From a virus (taxonomy: Duplodnaviria > Caudoviricetes), in the IMG/VR virus record IMGVR_UViG_3300033486_000001, positions 11,317 through 75,316 of that record: a stretch of 64,000 nucleotides of DNA, one strand, 5' to 3'. The translations under genes and the position numbers were made by a program. Below, one piece after another: positions 39,168 through 48,003 of this stretch. A model generated the notes under the pieces. The model saw only the letters and a program-made list of their open reading frames with translations. It was not told the DNA's origin and did not search any database. How positions within the stretch are numbered: position 1 is the stretch's first letter; the number at the start of each line of letters is the position of its first letter.

Positions 39168-39552
39168 GTCGGTCGGCTGTCGTCGGCTTTTCTGCGACGA
39201 CGAAGTCGGTCGGCTTTTGTCGTGCCGTTGCTTTTCGACGAAGTCGGCTCAATCGCCGTCTTGACCGTCTTGTTCTCTTGTAGAAGTCTCTTGCTCTTCT
39301 AGGTAGTAGTGGTTACCTGGTGACGTAATGGTGTTGCGCTGGTGACTACACTTCGTGTGTTGGTGTTGCGCTGGTGACGTAATGGTGTTGCGCTGGTGAC
39401 GTAATGGTGTTGCGCTGGTGACTACATGTGTTGGTGTTGCGCTGGTGACTACACCCCATAACCATGCGATATTGCTATACTTTTGATGTCTTGTTTCCCC
39501 GGTGACGTAATGGTGTTGCGCTGGTGACTACACCCCATAACCATGCGATATT
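39168..39552. repeat. direct-repeat (iteron-like) cluster at the strand switch; putative replication origin
   Basis: Six exact copies of TGGTGTTGCGCTGGTGAC (39329, 39361, 39383, 39405, 39432, 39511), two copies of TACACCCCATAACCATGCGATATT, two copies of CGACGAAGTCGG (39198, 39236). Confidence 0.85.
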
Positions 39553-39629
39553 ACTGGGTGGTTGTTGTGGGCTGATTTTGAAGTTGAAGTTCACAGTTAG
39601 ATGATGTACAATGGAATAGTTGTTTGGTG

Positions 39630-39707
39630 GAAGTTTGCCGCCCTACTGCTGGTGTCCTTGTTCTCTTGTCCGGGGACTCTGGGTTGAACTTTAGGGCGGC
39701 AAACTTC
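39630..39707. repeat. perfect 16-bp inverted repeat with 46-bp spacer
   Basis: GAAGTTTGCCGCCCTA (39630-39645) / TAGGGCGGCAAACTTC (39692-39707). Confidence 0.85.
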
Positions 39708-39760
39708 TGCTTAACAATCGCCCGCTTCAACCGGGTGTCATTTAAGACAAGGGATTTAAA

Positions 39761-40651
39761 ATGTGTGAATCATCCTACAAAAAATTCGACGACACCCTAA
39801 AGGAACTTGCTCCCGACGAAGAAGGTAAGCGCACGTTTCTTCCGTTGTTGCCAGAGCATATGCGGCTACAAGCCAGCCTTTATCCGGCGATTGCCGACTT
39901 TCTATTTTCTGTTTATGGGCAAATCGATGTAGGACAAGAATGTTCTAAGCCGGCGCGCTGGCTTGACGGTTATAATGCTGGTCGCTATACCAAGAAGCTC
40001 ACTGATATGGGGTTGCTGGTCAAGCGCAACAGGAGATTGGTACTCCCACCGACCGACACGATGAAGTGGGTCCGGGTTCCCATCCGGTGGTTCAGGGATC
40101 CTTTGTGTGGAGTATCAACAACAGACATGCAACTTTTGCTGCATGTCATGCATTACACCATACCTGAAGTTGAACTAAGTCAAGCCCAATACGCCAAATG
40201 CATTAACGTCTCGAGATCCGCTATTACTCGGCGTCCTTCTGAGTTTTGGAAGCGCTACCGCGGAAACACTTATGTCGATAGTAACGGTTTCAAAAGCACT
40301 GCGACGCGATTTAATGTCATCGAGATGATGGTTGGGATGAACACAGACAAGTACGTGACTCCAACTCCGGAGAACCCTAAGGTAACGACCTACTTCGAAC
40401 CTGAGAGGATTCGAACATTACAGCCGAGACCCAAGGCTCCTCAGCCTCCAGCCGAGCCAGTGTGCGACTGGGCGAGGTTAGCTAAAGAGTCGGACGATCC
40501 TGGGATTCTGCGCGAGTGTCTTAGAACTGAAAAGTTCGAGGTTATATCTGATCTTTATATGATCAGGGGTAAGAAACCCAAAGAGATTTGTTGTGAAATT
40601 GAAGCGGCATTCGCAAAATTGAACCAGAGGGGTTATCGATATGGCACATAA
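39761..40651 (+). CDS. winged-HTH protein, putative replication initiator/origin-binding protein
   Basis: LSQAQYAKCINVSRSAITR HTH; first gene after the repeat cluster. Confidence 0.55.
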   Translation: MCESSYKKFDDTLKELAPDEEGKRTFLPLLPEHMRLQASLYPAIADFLFSVYGQIDVGQECSKPARWLDGYNAGRYTKKLTDMGLLVKRNRRLVLPPTDTMKWVRVPIRWFRDPLCGVSTTDMQLLLHVMHYTIPEVELSQAQYAKCINVSRSAITRRPSEFWKRYRGNTYVDSNGFKSTATRFNVIEMMVGMNTDKYVTPTPENPKVTTYFEPERIRTLQPRPKAPQPPAEPVCDWARLAKESDDPGILRECLRTEKFEVISDLYMIRGKKPKEICCEIEAAFAKLNQRGYRYGT

Positions 40652-42104
40652 TAAAGACACAGTCACGCGAGTCGACCGAAGAGGGTGGACAAACAAAGAA
40701 AGACCCCCTAAACCCGACCTGGCGGCCATCAGCCGTATGAAGGCTGAACAAGATCGCGCAAGGATCGAACAAATCAAACCCGCAGAGATCTCCCGTTCCG
40801 AGACTAAAATGGATAGTGGTTTTAGTCCCGTAGTTATTGATTCAAGTCACGACACCAAGAAGTGGACCTTCGAGCAATGGTCGCGCCAACTAGCCGAAGC
40901 GTCTCTCAAAGAGATTCCTACGAAGCGCGACATTCCGGTCGACACCGAGACCGTGTCTGCGATTTACGCGGCGATTGGCCGGCGTATGCAAAAGTATCTC
41001 AAGGACGGCTTGACGGGCATCTGGGCGAACCGACAAGAAACGTACGACAAGGTTGTCAGTATTTCAAACAAAGCGGCACAATGCGAGCGTTTGAGTCGGC
41101 GCCAGCTCTTTACATGGCTACCTGACGTTGTTGAATGCTTTTACGACGACGAAAGCGTCCATGATTTATTTGAAGAGATGGAAGAGGCCGGCGACAAAGG
41201 GCTTTCGGATGAAGCAATGGACGATTGGATTAACGATTCAACAATCAGGGCTGCCACCAAAGTTATGAGTGTCGTCCAAGAGGACCTGTACGAAACCATC
41301 GACAACTTTTGGAGTTACATCTCGGGTTACACAGTCAAGCTGCCTGAAATTGAGCGTGCGGTTATGGCGTTTAAGTTTGGTGCTTCGAAGTGTGACGAAT
41401 CCAACTTCCGAGAACTCGAGCTGAAAGGACTTGCAAAGTGTCTTGGTTCCATCAAGCCGGTAGATTACCGATGGGTCGAATCCATCGAGGATTTTCGGTC
41501 GCGAGCTTGGGCGATCATCGAAGAGCGACGTCGCCAGCAAGAAGTCGAAATCGTTGCATCAAAGGCAGAAGCCGAGGCCCATAAAGTCATTCTGGTTCCA
41601 TTGACGCCGCCCAAGGCTAGGCCTCTAGCGGAGATCCTGGCTGAGTTCCAGTCGTCCGTTGACTCTCATACGATTCCACCACCCGGTATTACGCCGGACG
41701 AGGTCTCAAAGTTGACCGATCCGACCAAACTCGAAGCGTGCTCGTACTCGACCGACCCAGACATCCTCATGGCCACATTCAATAACAAGAAGACTCCATG
41801 GTCTGCTTGCGACCGGTGTATGGAGAACAAGACTGTCTTCGAATTCTTTTGCAAGCAAGCCGATGGGCGCGTACCAACATCTCCGGTTCAAGTCGAGCCC
41901 GAGAAGCCAAAAGTCTCGGACCTCGAAATCGCGGTGACATCGACTGATCCTTGTGAATTAGAGCGCGTCGCTGTTACAACAAACGATCCGATTGTGAGGG
42001 TGGCCATCGTCGCCAACTGCAACGCGAGAAAAGACTTGAAAATGTGGTTGAAGGCGTGTAATAGTGGATTGCAGATGACCTTCAACGAATTCACTGGAGA
42101 GTAA
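40641..42104 (+). CDS. large hypothetical protein with C-terminal LRV-like repeats and tag
   Basis: STDPDIL, STDP..LERVA..DPIVRVAIVAN..LKMWL..QMTFNEF. Confidence 0.7.
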   Translation: MAHNKDTVTRVDRRGWTNKERPPKPDLAAISRMKAEQDRARIEQIKPAEISRSETKMDSGFSPVVIDSSHDTKKWTFEQWSRQLAEASLKEIPTKRDIPVDTETVSAIYAAIGRRMQKYLKDGLTGIWANRQETYDKVVSISNKAAQCERLSRRQLFTWLPDVVECFYDDESVHDLFEEMEEAGDKGLSDEAMDDWINDSTIRAATKVMSVVQEDLYETIDNFWSYISGYTVKLPEIERAVMAFKFGASKCDESNFRELELKGLAKCLGSIKPVDYRWVESIEDFRSRAWAIIEERRRQQEVEIVASKAEAEAHKVILVPLTPPKARPLAEILAEFQSSVDSHTIPPPGITPDEVSKLTDPTKLEACSYSTDPDILMATFNNKKTPWSACDRCMENKTVFEFFCKQADGRVPTSPVQVEPEKPKVSDLEIAVTSTDPCELERVAVTTNDPIVRVAIVANCNARKDLKMWLKACNSGLQMTFNEFTGE

Positions 42105-42107
42105 AAC

Positions 42108-42311
42108 ATGACACCAGAAGAGTTGGCGAAAGAGTTGGCGGAAGTCCGCGCGAAGTTTGCCGGCGGAGTTGGACTGAGTAAGGCGACTGACCGCGAGTTG
42201 TCATTGATTTTGAGTTGTCCGATTGAAGGCGACTTGATCTCCATGAAGTCCGCTGTCCATTGGCGCGACCTGTCAAAGAATGGCCCTTTCGACGTCGAGA
42301 AAAACAAGTGA
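42108..42311 (+). CDS. hypothetical protein
   Basis: GGAG RBS; GTGA overlap with next gene. Confidence 0.5.
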   Translation: MTPEELAKELAEVRAKFAGGVGLSKATDRELSLILSCPIEGDLISMKSAVHWRDLSKNGPFDVEKNK

Positions 42312-43012
42312 CTAAATTAGAGCAAGCTAGCGATCCAAACACTCCTGCCGATGTGTTGATCGACATCATTAGTGACGCGCGAAGAGGCCCCCAATTTGGA
42401 GACTCTTGGGGTGCTAGTTCAATCGCGGCTCGCCACAGGAATCTACCAGCGAGTGTAGTGGAAGAAATAGCCAAGAATGGATGTAGCTCTATCAAATATG
42501 ATGCTGCAATGAACCCGAATATGTCGCAGTCGGCGTTCGAACTCTTTGCACAAAACAAGTCTTTGTGGGGTAATTTGGTTTTGAACCCGAGTACGCCATT
42601 ACATTTTTTGATTAGAGTGGTTAGAGAGGGTTACTTAAGGGACTGGCAGCACTGCAATAATGCAGATATATGTAATGTCGCTCGCAGCCTTCGAGCACCT
42701 ATTTCTATTTTGATGGAACTAGCTAAAGATCCTCATCCAATGGTGAGGGCGGACTTGACACAAAATCCCAACACCCCGGAATGGTTATTGTGGCAGTTGG
42801 CGGCAGATCAAGATGCCCAAGTAAGGTGCTACGTGTGTTACCGCCCAAATTTGCCGCTCAACCTCTATATTCAACTTGCCCAAAGAGAAGAAAATACGAC
42901 GGTGCTGGAGTGGATGTCGGATAGCCCGCACACACCAATCAAGATGAAGGTGTGGCTACAGTCTTATCGCGACTCCATGTCTTTGGAGGAATTTTTGGAG
43001 GCAACCAAGTGA
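42308..43012 (+). CDS. LRV-repeat protein with C-terminal tag
   Basis: ASDPNTP, AMNPNMS, VLNPSTP, TQNPNTP repeats; ends TPIKMKVWLQSYRDSMSLEEFLEATK; GTG start at 42308. Confidence 0.8.
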   Translation: MTKLEQASDPNTPADVLIDIISDARRGPQFGDSWGASSIAARHRNLPASVVEEIAKNGCSSIKYDAAMNPNMSQSAFELFAQNKSLWGNLVLNPSTPLHFLIRVVREGYLRDWQHCNNADICNVARSLRAPISILMELAKDPHPMVRADLTQNPNTPEWLLWQLAADQDAQVRCYVCYRPNLPLNLYIQLAQREENTTVLEWMSDSPHTPIKMKVWLQSYRDSMSLEEFLEATK

Positions 43013-43281
43013 CTCAACTAGAGCAAGATCTTAAAGAATTGGAGCTCAATCCTTCACGGTTGAAGTGGGTTATACAGTGTGCTGGTCGGGCGGATCGAGA
43101 TTGCATCGCTCGATACACTACCGATCTTCAGGTTCTAGAAATACTCGCTCGAGATAAGGATGGTCAAGTGCGTGGTTCTGTAGCAGCGAACATCAATACC
43201 CCACCTCCCATTAAAGCGTGGCTGACGTCTGGGTATCGTGAAACCATGTCGTTGGAAGAATTTTTGGAGGTTACAAAGTGA
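43009..43281 (+). CDS. LRV-repeat protein with C-terminal tag
   Basis: VRGSVAANINTPPPIKAWLTSGYRETMSLEEFLEVTK; GTG start overlapping the previous TGA. Confidence 0.75.
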   Translation: MTQLEQDLKELELNPSRLKWVIQCAGRADRDCIARYTTDLQVLEILARDKDGQVRGSVAANINTPPPIKAWLTSGYRETMSLEEFLEVTK

Positions 43282-43589
43282 CCTCCTTGGGGCAAGCCAG
43301 ACACCAGGACACTTCAGTGGAGGAGCTGGAGTCACTCTCATGGCACATAAATTGTAATGTTCGTATTGCTGTAGCTGGGAATTGCCGGACCCCCACCAAA
43401 GCTCTTGTGCAACTAGCTAGAAGTTCTTTCTCTCCAATGCCACATCGCGCGTTGAGAGAGGCTCTTCGGGATCTTCGTTCGGCGTTGATTTGTAACCCCA
43501 ACACCCCTCTGGGCGTCAAGATGTGGTTGTTGGATGGTTATAGTGGCATGTCTTTGGAGGATTTTTTGGAGGCGACCAATGCCGACTAA
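43278..43589 (+). CDS. LRV-repeat protein with C-terminal tag
   Basis: VRIAVAGN, NPNTPLGVKMWLLDGYSGMSLEDFLEATNAD. Confidence 0.75.
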   Translation: MTSLGQARHQDTSVEELESLSWHINCNVRIAVAGNCRTPTKALVQLARSSFSPMPHRALREALRDLRSALICNPNTPLGVKMWLLDGYSGMSLEDFLEATNAD

Positions 43590-43665
43590 TATGTTGATTA
43601 TTGTAGGGGTTGTGGTGATGTTGGCGGTAGTCACGGAGTTTTGGCGCAGGAGGAGCTTGACGTAG
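43579..43665 (+). CDS. 28-aa membrane peptide
   Basis: MPTNMLIIVGVVVMLAVVTEFWRRRSLT; GGAGG RBS inside the upstream tag. Confidence 0.4.
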   Translation: MPTNMLIIVGVVVMLAVVTEFWRRRSLT

Positions 43666-43704
43666 AGGTGGGGTTATGGTAGGAGTTGGGAGAAAGGAGT
43701 ACTT

Positions 43705-44832
43705 ATGGATCTCAAACCGAATTCATTGACTATTAAGGCGCCGCACTTGAGATCCGAGTGGAGTTCGGAGAATACCGTCAATTTTGACGATGTGTCGTAT
43801 GGTTCACAAACCAAATACAAGTGGGTGTGCGTAAACGGACACAAATGGGAGGCGTCTCCTAACAGGAGAACTGACAAGGGGCGGCGAGGGTGTTCGCGGT
43901 GCCCTAGGAACTCTTTGGCTGAGAAAGCTTCGCAGATGGCTTGCGAGTGGCATTCAGACAATCCTAAGAGGTTCCATGAGGTGTCATTCGGGTCTGTCGT
44001 GAAGTACAAGTGGATATGCGTCAAATGCCAGCACATATGGGTCGCGTCCCCCAACAGCAGGACTCACCTCAAGAGACCAACCGGATGTCCCGAGTGCTTT
44101 AAGAGAGTTACTGATGCTAACTCACTAGCGACGAAAGCACCCCACTTGAAGCTTGAGTGGCATTCGAGTAACTCCAAACAATTCCACGAAGTCCATTGTG
44201 GATCCAATGATTTGTACATGTGGATATGCCGACTTGGGCATACCTGGACCACGACACCGAACCATCGAACAAAGGTCGGCAGGAAAAGTGGATGTCCGGA
44301 CTGCGCTCACAGACGTGTTTCAGAACTCAACTCCTTAGCGACAAAAGCTCCGTGGTTGGAAAAAGAGTGGCACTTTAGCAACAAAAAGAAGTTCCATGAG
44401 GTGGCGTACGCTTCACCCACTAAATACACGTGGATTTGCGCCAAAGGACATACCTGGGACGCACAGTGTGGTAGCCGGACACGCAAGAACTCTACTGGAT
44501 GCCCAGAGTGTCATTGTTCGACTTCAAGGGCTGAGCAAGCCATTTTTTGTGTCGTTAAGGAAAAATATCAAGATGCCGTCAACAAAACACGTGGTTTGCT
44601 TCGCTCCAAAACACTCGAACTCGATATTTACATTCCATCGCTCAAGAAGGCGATTGAATACGATGGGACCTATTGGCACTCGTTCCCTGGAGCTATAGAG
44701 CGGGATGTCAGAAAAAATCAGCAGTGTATCGAGGTCGGAATTCAGCTCCTCAGAGTTTCCGATCAAGAGTATGAAGCGGATCGCGAAGGTACTGTCGCCA
44801 AGGTTCTTGCTTGGCTTGAGGGCAATCTTTGA
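43705..44832 (+). CDS. tandem zinc-ribbon (4 repeats) + PD-(D/E)XK/DUF559-like endonuclease
   Basis: Four NSL..KAP..EW..W.C..GH.W..GC..C repeats; ELDIYIPSLKKAIEYDGTYWH; directly upstream of terminase. Confidence 0.8.
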   Translation: MDLKPNSLTIKAPHLRSEWSSENTVNFDDVSYGSQTKYKWVCVNGHKWEASPNRRTDKGRRGCSRCPRNSLAEKASQMACEWHSDNPKRFHEVSFGSVVKYKWICVKCQHIWVASPNSRTHLKRPTGCPECFKRVTDANSLATKAPHLKLEWHSSNSKQFHEVHCGSNDLYMWICRLGHTWTTTPNHRTKVGRKSGCPDCAHRRVSELNSLATKAPWLEKEWHFSNKKKFHEVAYASPTKYTWICAKGHTWDAQCGSRTRKNSTGCPECHCSTSRAEQAIFCVVKEKYQDAVNKTRGLLRSKTLELDIYIPSLKKAIEYDGTYWHSFPGAIERDVRKNQQCIEVGIQLLRVSDQEYEADREGTVAKVLAWLEGNL

Positions 44833-44835
44833 TGC

Positions 44836-46722
44836 ATGCCCTATTCCGAACACGAAATGCGCCGCATGCTCTTTACGGTCTGTTCAACCAAAGAGCACTT
44901 GTCCAGGTGGGTGCAAACTTTTTTGGGGTTGGACTTCCCCAGTTCAATCGTATTGGAAGAGTCGAACAGCTCCCCTATGGACGCACTGTGGTTGTTGTAT
45001 AGCAAAGCTATCTCAAACGACGATGAGAATTTCGCTCGTTGTATGAGCTATGCAGCCCGCGGGTCATTTAAGACCCTCTCTGCGTCAGTTCTCGAAGTGG
45101 CCTTGGCTCTACATACACCCCGCAACATAGCCCATCTAGCTGCGACCACTGATCAATCGGGAAAGGCTCAGCAGTACGTGAGGGGGTTCTTCAGCAAGCC
45201 CTACCTTTGCGATTTCCGCCAAGGACAGAACATCAAGCGCATCGACATATGTCGATTTAGCAATGACCGAGGAATTCACCTCTCCGAAAAAGAGTGGCAA
45301 ATCCTAGATGACTCGGAAAAGCGATTTTTCGAGCGACACGACAACTACATACAAATCATTACACTCACCCTACAAGGTGCGAATAGTGCACACACAGAAC
45401 TACTTGTAGTAGACGAAGTCGATACCGTGCCAGTGCAAAACCGTGGAGCCTACGAAGAGGCTAAGTCGATTCCTGACCCGCGCAACGGCCTAAACCCTAT
45501 CACTCTACTGACTTCGACCCGTAAGTTCTCATATGGACTTGTCCAGAAAGAGCTCGATGAGGCGGCCAAGACAGGGCTAAGGGCGTACCACTGGACCGCC
45601 GTGGATGTCGTACAAGCGTGTGAGCCTGAGCGACACCACCCGGAACTACCAAAGGTGCAGCTTTACGTCAATGACGCTGAGTTGACCACCGTAAACGAAG
45701 AGGCTTACTCCAAATTCGATGCGGCGATGCAAGAGAAGTTCACTAAGCATGAAGGGTTCGGCGGTTGCGCGGCATGCTCGCTGTTTTCGGTATGTAAGTC
45801 TCGGCTAGCCACACATCAAGCCTCGAAATCCCCGTTGCTGAAGCCGATCCCGTGGCTGCGCAACCGCATGAAGGAGTTTTCCACCTCGATGGCCCTGACG
45901 CAGCTTATGTGTCGTCAGCCAGATTCCACTGGTTTGATTTACCCAAAGCTTGACCGAGCCATCCACGTCAAGACTGCCTCGGAAATCGCCCAGATGGTTA
46001 CCGGGAGGACTTGTCCACCTGGGATGGACAAAGGCACGCTTTTGAGGATCTTGGTGGACCGCGGGTGTAAGTTTTACACGGGCATGGACTTCGGCTTCAC
46101 ACACCCTTTTTCTTGTGTCACCATGGCCGTGTGGGGGCAAAACGCATTTGTTGTGGACTGTGTCTCCCGATCTGGACTGGAGTTGGATGACAAAGTAGCA
46201 GTATGCGAACACCTACGTGTACTGAATCCTACGATTCACGCCGACACCGAGGCCCCGGCGGATATTGAAACGTTCAAGCGACGCGGTTTTCAAATGCGCG
46301 GCGCCATCAAAGGTCGTGGTAGCGTCAAGTCCGGCATAGAAATCGTACGGATGAAGATGCAGCCAGCCCTCGGCTCCCCGACGTTGTTCTTTTTGAGCGG
46401 AGATCCGGACGTGGAGTTCGCATTCCAGCAGCTCAAAATGTACCACTTTATCACCGACGAAGCCGGCAACATCGCAGACGAGCCAGAAAAAGTCGACGAT
46501 GACTCATGTGACGCGTTGCGTTACGGTATCGTAGGTACTTTCGCACCCAATCACAAAATCGGCCTACCGCAAAACCCGAACAATCCAGCACCTTCGGAAT
46601 ACCAAGCCGCTCCGGGTCGCCCCCAGTGGATGAATGACCACATCGCCAAACTATTAGACGGTGGAGACCTTTCTTCATCGAACAAACCGGTCAAGAAGGG
46701 GAATTTTCACTTTCAGCAATAA
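44836..46722 (+). CDS. terL: terminase large subunit
   Basis: AARGSFKT Walker A, LVVDEVD Walker B, TSTRK, GMDFGFTHP nuclease motif, DDSCDALRY. Confidence 0.9.
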   Translation: MPYSEHEMRRMLFTVCSTKEHLSRWVQTFLGLDFPSSIVLEESNSSPMDALWLLYSKAISNDDENFARCMSYAARGSFKTLSASVLEVALALHTPRNIAHLAATTDQSGKAQQYVRGFFSKPYLCDFRQGQNIKRIDICRFSNDRGIHLSEKEWQILDDSEKRFFERHDNYIQIITLTLQGANSAHTELLVVDEVDTVPVQNRGAYEEAKSIPDPRNGLNPITLLTSTRKFSYGLVQKELDEAAKTGLRAYHWTAVDVVQACEPERHHPELPKVQLYVNDAELTTVNEEAYSKFDAAMQEKFTKHEGFGGCAACSLFSVCKSRLATHQASKSPLLKPIPWLRNRMKEFSTSMALTQLMCRQPDSTGLIYPKLDRAIHVKTASEIAQMVTGRTCPPGMDKGTLLRILVDRGCKFYTGMDFGFTHPFSCVTMAVWGQNAFVVDCVSRSGLELDDKVAVCEHLRVLNPTIHADTEAPADIETFKRRGFQMRGAIKGRGSVKSGIEIVRMKMQPALGSPTLFFLSGDPDVEFAFQQLKMYHFITDEAGNIADEPEKVDDDSCDALRYGIVGTFAPNHKIGLPQNPNNPAPSEYQAAPGRPQWMNDHIAKLLDGGDLSSSNKPVKKGNFHFQQ

Positions 46723-46980
46723 GCGCTTGACAATCCCAACACTCCGGATGAGGTGTTTGTCGCGGCGTGCAACGATGAGGACTGGAGGGTCCGTTGTCGT
46801 GCCGCCAAGAAGGCTAGATCGGTCGACATTTTACTCAAATTAGCCGAAGATGAGGACGAGAGTGTTCTTGAGGAAGTATACGGGCACAAGAACTGTCCTC
46901 CTGCTGTCAGAATGTGGTTGACCACCGAATACGGATATAGTATGTCTCTAAAGGAATTCCTGGATGCGATGAAGTCGTAA
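46723..46980 (+). CDS. LRV-repeat tag-family ORF in frame with the terL stop
   Basis: After the terL TAA the same frame continues ALDNPNTPDEVF..VRCRAA..CPPAVRMWLTTEYGYSMSLKEFLDAMKS; first start codon is GTG at 46753. Confidence 0.6.
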   Translation, partial: ALDNPNTPDEVFVAACNDEDWRVRCRAAKKARSVDILLKLAEDEDESVLEEVYGHKNCPPAVRMWLTTEYGYSMSLKEFLDAMKS

Positions 46981-47022
46981 CTCCATATGGTACAATGGTC
47001 GCTAGAACGGAATCTTGACCAT

Positions 47023-48003
47023 ATGGATGCATTCTTAAACACGACCTTTCAAATTCAGGCTTACGCCGACCGTCCGGCCAACTCCAATCCGCGTCTGCGT
47101 GCGGTTGATTGGCGCCGGGATCTCTCCGGCCAAGCCGTATCTAACCCCAAGTCTGAATCCGTACAGCTTGTAGCCGGGGAAACTCGTACGCTCTTCAATG
47201 GACTTCGTACGACGACCTTGGACGGCACCACGGCGTTTACGATGTCGCTGTCGACTCTCGAGTCCGGCCGCTACCGCTTCACCAAAGTCGCTGGAACTGA
47301 CCCGAGTCTTCGCCCCAGCCGAGGGCTTACGCTCAATACAGTTGCTGTCACTGCCGTGGCGTTGGCCAACGGTTCGCTGACAATGACTGTACCCGGACCA
47401 GCCGCTTTCACCGGTGTCGTGGCTGGTGACATCGTGTTTGTCCCCAACACCAATACCGGTGACGCCGCCAACGTTTTCTCGATCTCTAATAGCGGATATT
47501 GGGTTGTGATGGCGGTGCTGTCTCCGCAGTCCCTGAGTCTCACCCGCCTCCCCGGCGCTTCCTTCGAGGGTGTGAGCGAAGTCGTAACGTTGACGTCTAA
47601 TGCGCAACTCCGAGCTTATTCTGCAGCCGGAGTGCAAGTCGATGACTCGGTGTCGATTTCGGCTGGATTCGCCACGGCCACGCAAAAGACATACGATGTA
47701 GTGGCCGTCACAGACACCTTCTTTGAAGTGCGCAGTTCACTCCCGCTCCCCCTTGAGTCGTCCGTCATCCCGACCGCGGTCGGCCTGGTGTTCTACTCCA
47801 GCGCGAAGAATTTCTTGTACGTTGAAGGCGACCAAGAGTTTGTAATCCGCCTCAACGGCTCTACGGACTCGACACAGCGAGTCTCACCGGTGTCGGCCGG
47901 AGAAATCCCCGGAGCATATTTCAAGAACGGTCCGACTTGGTCGCTGGCTGTAGTTAATATGTCTTCCACGTTGCTCAATTTGATGGTAATCGGAGCCGAA
48001 TGA
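47023..48003 (+). CDS. putative virion structural protein
   Basis: Beta-rich Thr/Ser/Val composition; between terminase and portal; promoter-like TGGTACAAT upstream. Confidence 0.6.
   Translation: MDAFLNTTFQIQAYADRPANSNPRLRAVDWRRDLSGQAVSNPKSESVQLVAGETRTLFNGLRTTTLDGTTAFTMSLSTLESGRYRFTKVAGTDPSLRPSRGLTLNTVAVTAVALANGSLTMTVPGPAAFTGVVAGDIVFVPNTNTGDAANVFSISNSGYWVVMAVLSPQSLSLTRLPGASFEGVSEVVTLTSNAQLRAYSAAGVQVDDSVSISAGFATATQKTYDVVAVTDTFFEVRSSLPLPLESSVIPTAVGLVFYSSAKNFLYVEGDQEFVIRLNGSTDSTQRVSPVSAGEIPGAYFKNGPTWSLAVVNMSSTLLNLMVIGAE

Noticed and set aside
39317-39552. 18-bp repeats as a CRISPR array
   Set aside because: The intervening sequences are 4-14 bp (one longer) and are themselves repeated; there are no unique ~30-bp spacers and no cas genes.
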